Origin: Heterodontus francisci
Lineage: Eukaryota
Length of the DNA stretch: 64,000 nucleotides
Direction: 5' to 3'
NCBI RefSeq assembly: GCF_036365525.1
Contig: NC_090373.1
Location: 40,835,590-40,899,589, forward strand
Shown here: piece by piece, positions 40,401 through 51,400 of the stretch
Layout of the letters: the number at the start of each line of letters is the position of its first letter
Numbering within the stretch: the stretch's first letter is position 1
Made by a program: the position numbers and the translations under genes
The notes under the pieces: model-generated
Databases searched by the model: none
The model's input: the letters and a program-made list of their open reading frames with translations, nothing else
What the model was told of the DNA's origin: nothing

Positions 40401-40843
40401 CAATGAAGGCCATCCAAGGTTCAAACAAATACTACTAATCTTCTGCAGCTGACAAGATGATGATCAGGGAGCAATGGGAAACCTCCTGACAGATTGAATG
40501 CGATGTCAGAGACTTGGGGCGAGATGGGATAGTATGTAAAATTAAAAAAGTGAATGTATAAATATAAGTGAATGTATAAATATATATACACATCAAGACT
40601 TGAGGGGAAATGTAGTACACAGGTCTGAAAGGGTTCATGATTGAGACAGTTTAAGGAATACCTCCCACCATAATGACATAAGAGATCACATGAGAGACAG
40701 ACTGGAGAGAGATGCAGCCTGGCTTCCGAGGAGTCACACAGACTGGTGTGAAGCTGTACGTAGTTAGAATGTAATAAACACTTCATGTTCAAAGTACAGA
40801 AGACTCAGGAATCTCTCTAAGCTAGACTGACTAAGCATATTCA
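34420..40843 (+). mobile_element. Decayed Gypsy pol (RNase H, integrase) with 3' LTR, split by a CR1
   Basis: TDASSSGLGAVL, RYAVIEKEALAV, ETDHK, IHQGHMGI, IPDQIVSDTGPQ, SNGEAERGV motifs. Polypurine tract GAGGGGAAA then TGTAGT LTR start at 40611, with AATAAA near 40773. LTR end approximate. Confidence 0.88.
35491..39593 (+). mobile_element. Near full-length CR1 LINE (ORF1 zinc finger/SGNH esterase; ORF2 APE-RT), mutated
   Basis: ORF1 CSSC..CRKC, GDSIVRG, LPGARV, HIGTND. ORF2 GITETWL, GGGVALL, VYRPP, FADDTKL. TSD TTATC restores the Gypsy frame PLISTQF. Confidence 0.93.
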
Positions 40844-41217
40844 GGTGGCAACAGACAAACCAAACATGCAACAGTCGACTCCTGCAGAGATGGTCACAAA
40901 CTGTGCAGGCTGCTTGGAACACCCTTAACTCATGCATGAATGACTGCTGATGAGCTATCAAACTGCATTTTTAAACAGCCTCTGTGAAATCCTAATCACC
41001 AGGATCAGCACCTGAGTGAGTTGGCCTCGAGACAATTGGTTATTGCTACTTCAAACACTCCTGCATTTCGTCTTTCTGAATCATGATTTGGGCTTCATTA
41101 AGTGCTCCCTTTTGCACCTGAATCCCGGGCCTCAGCTTCTGAGTGTGCATATCTGTTCTGGTGTTTGACATTAATGAGTGCATAATGCAGGTACTGTAAG
41201 TGCTTGGCAGGGGCCAC

Positions 41218-41606
41218 AAGAACACAAGAAATAGGAGCAGGAGTAGACCATATGGCCCATCGTGCCTGCTCCGCCATTCAAAACCATCATGGCTGATCTT
41301 AGGATTCAACTCCACTTTCCTGCCCACTTGCCATACCCTTTGATTCCTTGAAAGACCAAAAATATGTCAATCCAGCCTTAAATGTATTCAACAATGACGT
41401 ATCCACAACCCTCTGGGGTGGAGAATTCCAAAGATTCACAGCCCTTTGAGTGAAGCAATTTCTTATCATCTCAGTCCTAAATAATCAGCCCTTTATCCTA
41501 AGACTGTGCCCCCATGTTTTAGATTCCTGACCAATCAATTCCTGAAATAATCTCTCAGTGTCTACCCTATTCATCCCCTTTAGAATCTTATATGTTTCCA
41601 TGAGAT
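41218..41606 (-). mobile_element. CR1 3' fragment
   Basis: Reverse strand reads GHSLRIK..FRTEMIRNCFTQR, followed by a CR1 3' UTR. Confidence 0.85.
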
Positions 41607-42569
41607 CCGCTCATTCAGCTCTGCTTCATCCTCCTCTTCTTACCCAGAGGTATATTTTAGAATGCTGGCTGCAAAATACCCCTCAAAGCAGATCTTATAT
41701 GGCAAGTTGGGGCAGTATGTTACACTGTAGTGCATTTCTGGATTTGAGGAAAAGAATGTATACGAGGCAGAGAGCAAAAAGAAAAAAGTAATAATATTCT
41801 TGAGCTTGGAGGAAGCTCTGACCTCAGACTAACCCTTTTGCTTCCATTCACAGAATCTTCAAGGCCATTTTCTTTTGAAAAGACAAGAGTTGCAGGTTAA
41901 GTGAGTCCCCCGCTACATACAAGAGTGCTTGATATGTGCACCTTTGCTTTGCAAACAAGCAGAATGTTGGAATAAGGAATATGAGATGCATCATCTAAGT
42001 GTCCAAACAAACAGCGTGCAAATGTCTTGTGTGGGTAGTGTGCTTGGTGTTTTCCATTTTCCACATTTAATTGGCCACAAGATAAACACACAGCAATGAC
42101 TAAAGAGTCCACTACTAAAATATGGGTGCACAAACAGTTGCCAGAAAGTTGTGCATTCTCTTACCATGATACTGCAACTAGCTGACAGTGAAATGCCATT
42201 AATACTCATTGTGAGGCAGCATTTTAAAATTGGCAAAATGTTTGCAATAGTTACTTCAGCTAACCAGTTTACTCCCATGTTGAAGGCACGTTTGAAATAG
42301 TGTTTACTCTGTATAGCATTCAGACTGCTCTGGCACTGCTCTTCACTCAAGTGTAACTGTGTAGCTTTTGCCAGATCCCTATCGTTATTAAGGAAACTGG
42401 ACTTATGTTGCATTTGTTGAAGCACTGGTAGTCAGTTATAAATGCAACCAGATCTCATTGCTTGTATTTTTTTCCAGTCAGTCATCTAAGGGTCACTTTA
42501 ATGTGTGAAATGGTGCTTCTGACCACATATCCACACTAGCATAGGACCACCTACTTCTATCTTCATACC

Positions 42570-43347
42570 ATACACCCAACTCCATTCCTGCCTCAACTCA
42601 TCCGCTGCTGAAACCCTCATCCGTGCCTTTGTTACCTCTAGACTTTACTCTTCCAATGCACTCATGGCTGGCCTCCAACATTCTACCTCCTGTAAACTTG
42701 AGGTCATCCAAAACTCTGCTGCCCGTGTCTTAACTCGCACCCGGTCCTGTTCACCCATCAGCTCTGTGCTCATCGATCTACACTGAATCCCAATTAAGCA
42801 ACACCTCAATTTTAAATCCCTCCATGGCCTCACCCCTGTTAGAGAAACTCCCAAGCCTGTTTGTGAAGAAGACACTAAGACTAGGATGCTTTGATGGAGA
42901 CGGTTTACTGCTTGCCACAAAGCTTACTTCTCCGCACCTAACAACATCCTGTTCACCATATTACCTACAACTACTAGGTTTTTAAGATCCATTAACAGAA
43001 CTTAGACACTAACAACCTCAACCTGTCTCTGTAATCTCCTCCAGCCCCACAATCCTCCGAGATATCTGTGCTCCTCAAATTCTGGCCTCTTGGGCATCTC
43101 GGATTTTAATTTCTCCACCAATAGTGGCTGAGCCTTCAGCTGGGAGTCCCCTTCCTAAACCTCTCCACCTCTCTTTCCTCCTTTAAGATGCTCCTTAAAA
43201 CCTACCTCTTTGACTAAGCTTTTTGTCACCTCCCCTCATGTCTTCTTATGTGCCTTGGTGTAAAACTTTGCTTGAAACGTTCCTGTGAAGTGCCATGGGG
43301 CATTTTATTTCATCAAAGGTGCTATATAAACACAAGTTGTTGTTGTG
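42570..43347 (+). mobile_element. L2 LINE 3' fragment
   Basis: AETLIRAFVTSRL, IQNSAARVLTR, FKMLLKTYLF motifs; tail AAAGGTGCTATATAAA...(TGT)n. Confidence 0.85.
42837..43014. mobile_element. Short insertion with TGTTAG...CTAACA ends (small solo-LTR-like)
   Basis: 178 bp interrupting the L2 fragment, with 6-bp inverted termini and flanks ACCCC/ACCTC. Confidence 0.55.
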
Positions 43348-43804
43348 ATTGTTGTTTGCTCGGCAGCCTTGAATCTCTCAAGATCAAGTACATCAAGTCA
43401 GTTATGGTGAAATGCCTGGGTGGAAAGGGAGCCGCACAAGCAGAAATATGTCAGAAATAGCTGTGACTACTTGAATTTGGCATTTTGAAGTCACAGATCA
43501 GGAACGCAGGGTATTTGTAGCAGTAGTGTGCCATCATGAAAATGCTTTGAAAGCTATGAAAGCAGCAGGAATGCTCTGCAGAGACAGATGCGATTAACAC
43601 AGAACTAAATACTCCCTCCTTTAGTTCAGAGTGAATGCCAACTTTTCCAAGTTCCAAATGGGATGGGGGTGGAGGGGGAGGGGGAGGGGGATAGGATCAT
43701 GCTATGAGTTTCTAGGCTTGCTTCACACAAGATGAAAATGAATAGAAAAACCTTTCCAGCCTTAATAATTAGTACCTCACTTAATGAAATATAGAAGTAA
43801 ATAG

Positions 43805-44426
43805 AAAAATAAACCTTAGCGACGGAAGTCCCGCCCTTTGAGAACTGCTGGCTAATCAGAGGCCGGCAGCTCTTAAACTGAGCAGCGCCACCGCAGAGGC
43901 AGTGGCTGCTGCTTGTGGAGCACCTACCCGAGGCCTAGGAGCAGCGCTGGTCCCAGGCCACAGGTAGGTCAGGGTGGGAGGGGTCTCACGGGGCCGGGGT
44001 CATAGAGGACGGCAGTGTAGGGTGGTCAGCAGCAAGGGCAGGGGTTGGCTTTCAGCAGCCTACACCCCGCTTCCCGATGCCGGGTTGCTCATTCAGGCAC
44101 TGTGCCTTTGATTGAGGGACACCACCTTCCCCTGGAGCCAGCAAGCAACCCGCACGATTTTTCTTGCCATGCGTCCCGTGCGGCTACTGGCACACCTGCT
44201 GCTTGAATAATTGCAGGCAGTGGAGGGATGAGGCCCTTAATTGCCCATTTAAGGGCCTCAATTGGCAGCAGAGTGGGAAGGCCATTCACAGGCCTTCCCA
44301 CCCCAGACTTAATATCGGCCTGTGGTGGGAAGGGAATGGGGTCCCCACCCCCTTCATCATTCCACCTGATTATATGCTCTCCCTACCTCCAAACCCACCA
44401 TGGTGGAGAGCATAAAATTCCCCCCA
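43805..44426. mobile_element. MITE related to 24244-24927
   Basis: Shares the TTAAGGGCCTCAATTGG core in reverse orientation and ends AAAATTCCCCCC. Confidence 0.6.
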
Positions 44427-46704
44427 TGGCCCCAATGAAGAGGACTATATATTGACCATGTGGAGGAAGCCTGCTCTCTGCCTTGCTGCCTCTTCCAATT
44501 ACTTCCTGAATGGATAAAGCTCCTGTGAAGCACCTGGACATTTTACTTTGTTAAAGGTGCTATGTAAATGCAAGTTGTTGTTGTTGTCATTGATCCTAAG
44601 ACAATATGTATGAAACTACTTGTGGGTATTGCAATATTTACTAGGACTCAAAAAGCCTCAACGACTGAGCCAACCCTCAGTATATGTAAAATTTCTTTTT
44701 GAGAGGTTAATATAATACAGGGTTCTCTATTAAGGGTTACATTTTAGAGTTAGAAGGTTTCCTTTTCTTGTTGTTAAAGCACATCTAAATTGTGTATTAA
44801 CCTTAGATATTGCTTAATTCTGGTTCATATTTTTTGTTGTATAATAAATAATCCTTTTATTTTAAAGTTGTTGTTTATGCCAGGAATTTGTTCCTAGGAT
44901 AAAGAGCCCAAGAAGTAAAAAAAAAAATTGTGGGGAGATTAAAAAGCATTTTCTAAATTAAAGATTAACATCACATTGTGCCTTTTGTCCCTACAAAGTC
45001 TAGATTGTTACCAATTATTCCATTTCCTCCTGTGCATCCAACCACTGTTTCTTAGCAGAGGAAAAGTGGTTTCTAGTGAAGTCCACAGTGCTAATACAAC
45101 TGAACAGAATGATTTGGAAGATCTTTCAGTATTCTACTGTACTATCAAAAGCCAATGTGATTTACAAGTGGAACAGTTGATAATAGCCTAGGCAATGTGT
45201 ATGCTCCAGTAAGCTTATTCTGTGTTGAAAAATAGCTTTCTGAGACTATCGTTCCAGATCTATCTACTGAACAGTGCCAAGGTCAGCAGGGACTGTGTAC
45301 AAAAGTGAGCAGATGTATTGCAACAAATGCAGATAAACTAAAAATCCTTACTGGAATTAGAACGTTAGATATACTGTATTCGAGGCCAAGTTGATAGAAC
45401 CAGATGGCATCATGTGTTGAGAGTGCTTGACCCAGAAAGTAAATGGTAACGTTCCCAATGCATCAGGGGCAAAATGGGTGGTTTAACATCCAACATGGCA
45501 AGTGGGGTGTGTGTGCTCTTATGGAAGTGTACTTTGCAACATATTGGTAAAGACGGAAAAAGAAGTGTCTAGGACCCATGCCTGAAACAGCTGTTAGGCC
45601 CTTTGTGTATGCAAATAAAAGGGGGCTTATTGCTTCCTTGAGGAAAGCCTGCTGTGTTCAGGATAACATGGAGAAAAAGGACCACTGGAGTTTGCCACCA
45701 AAAAGGTAATTTAAAAAAAAACTTACCTGAATATGAATCCAGGATGCTTAGGAGTGTCCTTCCACTGCAGTGCAGCCACTGTTGCTGCCCATCGCTCGTT
45801 CCCGTCCCAATCACTCTCTCCTGATAGCTCCACCACACCCTCTGTCAACTGATGCCAACTCCCTTCGATCACCTCCCCCCATACCAAGAACTAACTGAAG
45901 GCCACTTCTGGTGACACAGTATGCCAAAATCAAAATCTTCTTCATCGGGTAACTGACTGGGGATGCCCAGCAGGTGTCTGCAGTTCACTGCAGTCTCATA
46001 TAAGCAAAGCCTGAGGCCCAATATTGATTGAGCCTTGGGCCTATCCCTTCAGGGAATATTTCCTGCACCCAGATCATTCCAGGAAAGCAATATTCAGTTT
46101 CTTTAAAGGCTGACCTCACCTTATATTGCAATGTTAGTTCATTTAAATAAAAAGTCAGACATCCCTGTAATGATTGCACCGAATAAGCAGAGCAAGTGGA
46201 AGATTTGCATACTGCAAAGAAGAGGCTGTTGGGCAAGTGGCCACAAATACAGCAAAACATTTTGTAGCCTTTAAAGTGACACAAAATGCATTTAAAACAA
46301 TGGCTATGGCAAAAATTTAGCCAGCCAGGAAATCAGAGATTGTTAAGCATGCTAAAGGCATGCTCTCCCTATTTTCTAATTTGTCAGTGCTCATTCTGCA
46401 GTTGATCATAAAATCTCTTGGTGGACATCCTTGGGAGAGTTGTACATTGGAGATCTTGGAGAGTTATGGGTTAATAATAAAACTTCTTTGTATCTTTGAG
46501 CAACAGGCTTTGTAATATAAACAGGATAGTTGCAGAGCGCCACAGAGGAAAGAATAGCTGGCTTGAAGAAAATATCTTTGAAGTACACAACTAAGACTTT
46601 TTATGTTCTGAAAGGATTAAAAAACAAATGCATGATGATGTCTTAGCTGTGACGTGTACTTTGATGTAGGTAAACGAAATAAAGCTCTTGCTCTCGCCCT
46701 GCAG

Positions 46705-47537
46705 AGACCTGGCAAGAGATCTAGCATAAGGTGGAATGCGGCTCAAGATTCCAAATCCCTAAAGTTGTGGACACGGCAGTGGAAATGGTTAGCAGCACCG
46801 ACGATGTCCCCCTCTCATCAATGTGCACAAAGAGGGCAATCGAAGATGCAAACATGGGCAGGGTATGTTGTCTAGCAGCTATCTATTCATTGATTTTCAT
46901 CACGTTAGTTGGAATATAATTCTCACAGGCCTGCATGGATAATAAAGTGCCTGACTGCAAACAGCATATGGAAATCCAGTCACATCACCAATGCCAATTG
47001 CTGTGAAAAGCCTTTTAATATCTAATTTCTCTTCCAGAAGGAGAAGCCGCAAGGACACAGGATGCCAGAATGAAACAGCTCAAATCCATCATGGACAAGC
47101 GGCTGATGGGAAAAGTGAAGGGTGCAGGGGGAGCCCATAAAATCCAGCCCCATGAGCCTGAATCATACGTTGCATCTATATTTATCTGTACAGTAATTTA
47201 TAGTCTATATTTTCAAAGCTTACATGCAGGATACTGATATGTCTCCAATTTGCCTTACAGGTGCAATTGCGTGACGGATCGAAATCCCTGAGTGCAAATC
47301 TATGCAGTAAGATGTCCCACAATTTATTTTTTTTAAATATGCCATGGATGTCCCTTTGCTACTACATTTTGAGAAGGTGTCAAATTGCTTAATTTGGTCT
47401 CTTTCCTCCTTTCAGCATGTTTCACCCATCACCTACGAACTGAGGAGGCTGTCGCAAAAGTGCTTGCAAGATTCAACGGCTACATAACTGAGAAAATCCA
47501 AGATCTCAATAAGAAGCCAAAAGTGCAAAGATTTTGA
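46705..47537 (+). pseudogene. Decayed intron-containing BEN-domain (BEND5-like) gene fragments
   Basis: Exon-like pieces with AG/GT borders: 46705-46862 (E)TWQEI*HKVECGSRFQIPKVV; 47261-47306 VQLRDG/IEIPECK (frameshifted); 47416-47537 (A)CFTHHLRTEEAVAKVLARFNGYITEKIQDLNKKPKVQRF*. The last resembles the recalled BEND5 C-terminus ECLYDR...VNKYICEKIMDINK. Confidence 0.6.
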
Positions 47538-47749
47538 ATTTGTGTAGACATGTATTTCAGCTTTGGCAATAACATTTGTTCTGCTTTACTCAAAATTGCA
47601 TTCTCAGAGTGCTTTTTCTGGCTGGAGATTTTGCTAGATTTGGTATATCATGCCCATACTTCACTGAATGAACACCGTGATACATCAGTACACTGAATGA
47701 ACCAAATGGGCAATATTAACATAATGGGGTTACATCATAGTTCAAACGG

Positions 47750-47950
47750 GATATTCAACTGGCCTAGTTTCTAGGACAGTCCAACTGGTAAATACCACAT
47801 GAACTGGTGGTTCAACTGATATATGCCCACAGCTCAACTGGTGAAAATCCCACATTCAACTGGTTACCAGCAGGCAGTCAAAACTGGAGAAGTGCATTTC
47901 GTTTCCAAGTTGAAAACTGGTTAGTGAACTGGTATGAGTAACTGGAAACA
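47750..47950 (+). repeat. Dispersed array of AACTGG motifs (subterminal-repeat-like)
   Basis: About nine exact AACTGG copies (often TCAACTGG) plus variants within ~200 bp, irregularly spaced. Confidence 0.7.
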
Positions 47951-48441
47951 CCTTCTGGATAGCATGGTTTTCAACACTTTAGACAGAGAACATGCCTATT
48001 GCAAGAACTTTGTCTAGAAATAGGCATCCCTAGGAGGCAGCATGATCAGTTGCAGACTGATAATAAAAGGGGGCTAAATTGGATAGCCTATGAAAATGGG
48101 CACGGGACTGTGGTGCATGATTAACACATGCCTATTGTTTGCAAGGCAGGTAGCAAACCAATTTTGTGCTCCGTGTCCATCTTCATGATTTTCAAGCCCA
48201 GCCAGTGTTGAACACGCGGTTCATTGGCTGGACGCTTCAGTAGGGTGCCATTATCATGACTGGCCTGCACCACTTAAAGCTTTCCTACCTGCTTAAAGCT
48301 AGTCTGCACCTCTTAAATGGGAAATGACTGCTGTTGGAGCAGGTACTGGGAGTTGTGCTTGAAGAGAATCTAACCTGGGAAAAAAAGAGCAATGGCATAA
48401 CATGGGAGACAACATGCTTGATGTCTTTCAGATGCTGCACT

Positions 48442-51400
48442 TCTTTTGGGCCTCCTTATCTCGAGAGACAATGGATACGCGCCTGGAGGTGGTCAGTGGT
48501 TTGTGAAGCAGCGCCTGGAGTGGCTATAAAGGCCAATTCTGGAGTGACAGGCTCTTCCACAGGTGCTGCAGAGAAATTTGTTTGTTGGGGCTGTTGCACA
48601 GTTGGCTCTCCCCTTGCGCCTCTGTCTTTTTTCCTGCCAACTACTAAGTCTCTTCGACTCGCCACAATTTAGCCCTGTCTTTATGGCTGCCCGCCAGCTC
48701 TGGCGAATGCTGGCAACTGACTCCCACGACTTGTGATCAATGTCACACGATTTCATGTCGCGTTTGCAGACGTCTTTATAACGGAGACATGGACGGCCGG
48801 TGGGTCTGATACCAGTGGCGAGCTCGCTGTACAATGTGTCTTTGGGGATCCTGCCATCTTCCATGCGGCTCACATGGCCAAGCCATCTCAAGCGCCGCTG
48901 ACTCAGTAGTGTGTATAAGCTGGGGATGTTGGCCGCTTCAAGGACTTCTGTGTTGGAGATATAGTCCTGCCACCTGATGCCAAGTATTCTCCGAAGGCAG
49001 CGAAGATGGAATGAATTGAGACGTCGCTCTTGGCTGGCATACGTTGTCCAGGCCTCGCTGCCGTAGAACAAGGTACTGAGGACACAGGCCTGATACACTC
49101 GGACTTTTGTGTTCCGTGTCAGTGCGCCATTTTCCCACACTCTCTTGGCCAGTCTGAACATAGCAGTGGAAGCCTTACCCATGCGCTTGTTGATTTCTGC
49201 ATCTAGAGACAGGTTACTGGTGATAGTTGAGCCTAGGTAGGTGAACTCTTGAACCACTTCCAGAGCGTGGTCGCCAATATTGATGGATGGAGCATTTCTG
49301 ACATCCTGCCCCATGATGTTCGTTTTCTTGAGGCTGATGGTTAGGCCAAATTCATTGCAGGCAGACGCAAACCTGTCGATGAGACTCTGCAGGCATTCTT
49401 CAGTGTGAGATGTTAAAGCAGCATCGTCAGCAAAGAGGAGTTCTCTGATGAGGACTTTCCGTACTTTGGACTTCGCTCTTAGACGGGCAAGGTTGAACAA
49501 CCTGCCCCCTGATCTTGTGTGGAGGAAAATTCCTTCTTCAGAGGATTTGAACGCATGTGAAAGCAGCAGGGAGAAGAAAATCCCAAAAAGTGTGGGTGCG
49601 AGAACACAGCCCTGTTTCACACCACTCAGGATAGGAAAGGGCTCTGATGAGGAGCCACCATGTTGAATTGTGCCTTTCATATTGTCATGGAATGAGGTGA
49701 TGATACTTAGTAGCTTTGGTGGACATCCGATCTTTTCTAGTAGTCTGAAGAGACCACGTCTGCTGACGAGGTCAAAGGCTTTGGTGAGATCAATGAAAGC
49801 AATGTAGAGGGGCATCTGTTGTTCACGGCATTTCTCCTGTATCTGACGAAGGGAGAACAGCATGTCAATAGTCGATCTCTCTGCACGAAAGCCACACTGT
49901 GCCTCAGGGTAGACGCGCTCGGCCAGCTTCTGGAGCCTGTTCAGAGCGACTCGAGCAAAGACTTTCCCCACTATGCTGAGCAGGGAGATTCCACGGTAGT
50001 TGTTGCAGTCACCGCGGTCACCTTTGTTTTTATAGAGGGTGATGATGTTGGCATCGCGCATGTCCTGGGGTACTGCTCCCTCGTCCCAGCACAGGCATAG
50101 CAGTTCATGTAGTGCTGAGAGTATAGCAGGCTTGGCACTCTTGATTATTTCAGGGGTAATGCTGTCCTTCCCAGGGGCTTTTCCGCTGGCTAGGGAATCA
50201 ATGGCATCACTGAGTTCCGATTTGGTTGGCTGTATGTCCAGCTCATCCATGACTGGTAGAGGCTGGGCTGCATTGAGGGCAGTCTCAGTGACAGCATTCT
50301 CCCTGGAGTACAGTTCTAGGTAGTGCTCAACCCAGCGGTCCATCTGTTTGCGTTGGTCAGTGATTATGTCCCCCGATTTAGATTTGAGGGGGGTGATCTT
50401 CTTGATGGTTGGCCCAAGAGCTCTCTTCATGCCATCATACATTCCTCTGATGTTTCCGGTGTCTGAGGCCAGCTGAATATGACTGCATAGGTGTTGCCAG
50501 TAGTCGTTTGCGCAACGCCTAGCTGTTCTTTGTGCAGTACTTCTGGCTGCTTTAAGTGCTGCGGATGTTAAATCGCTGGGGGCTTTCTTGTAGTTCAAAA
50601 GTGCAATGCGCTTAGCGGCTATGACAGGTTCCAGCTCTTCATTATGAGATTGAAACCAGTCTGCATTTCTCTTCGCACTTTTGCCGTAGGTGGTCAAAGC
50701 TGACTCATAGATGGCGTCTCTGATGTGGGCCCACTTGGTCTCAGCATCCCCTGTGGGAGTGTTTTGAAGGGCTGTTACAAGTGAATTTAGAAATTTTTGT
50801 AACAGCTGTGGGTGAGAAATTCTGCTCGTGTTGATGCGCGGGTGGCCCTTCTGCTTGGAATGATGCAACTTCTTTGGTCTGAGTCTAACCTTGCTGCACA
50901 CCAGGGAGTGGTCGGTGTCGCAGTCCGCACTGTGGAAGCTGCGTGTGATTTGAACACTGTTTAAGGCGGCTTGCCTTGTGACAATGAGGTCTAGCTGGTG
51001 CCAACGACGTGATCTTGGGTGCCTCCATGAAACCTGGTGACAGGGTTTAGTGTGAAAGAACGAGTTGGTGATGCAGAGGTTATGATAGGTACACAACTCA
51101 AGCAGTCTCTGCCCGTTCTCATTCATCCTTCCAACGCCATAGCGCCCAAGGCAGGAGGGCCATGAGTCATGGTCGGCCCCAACCCTGGCATTAAAGTCCC
51201 CCAGCAGGAATAGGTGTTCGGTGTTGGGGATGCTGCTAATGATGTTATGGAGTTGTTCATAGAACTGGTCTTTAGCTTCAGGTGCGGAACAGAGTGTTGG
51301 AGCATAGATGCTGAGTAGGTGTACTGGACCAGAGGTGGTGAGCAGTCGGATGGACAGTATGCGTTCCGAGCCATTTGAGGGAGGCTCTATCATGCTGAGC

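Noticed and set aside
45569-45838. Minus-strand ...ILDSYSG|GTAAGT resembling the end of a CUB exon
   Set aside because: The upstream peptide lacks CUB motifs and the context looks like a GC-rich MITE-type repeat.
46400-46670. Possible transposase C-terminus upstream of the BEN-like exons
   Set aside because: Multiple stops in all frames and no diagnostic motif; too weak to call.
47750-47950. CRISPR-like or other prokaryotic repeat system
   Set aside because: The motifs are only 6-8 bp, irregularly spaced and in vertebrate DNA, with no cas genes.
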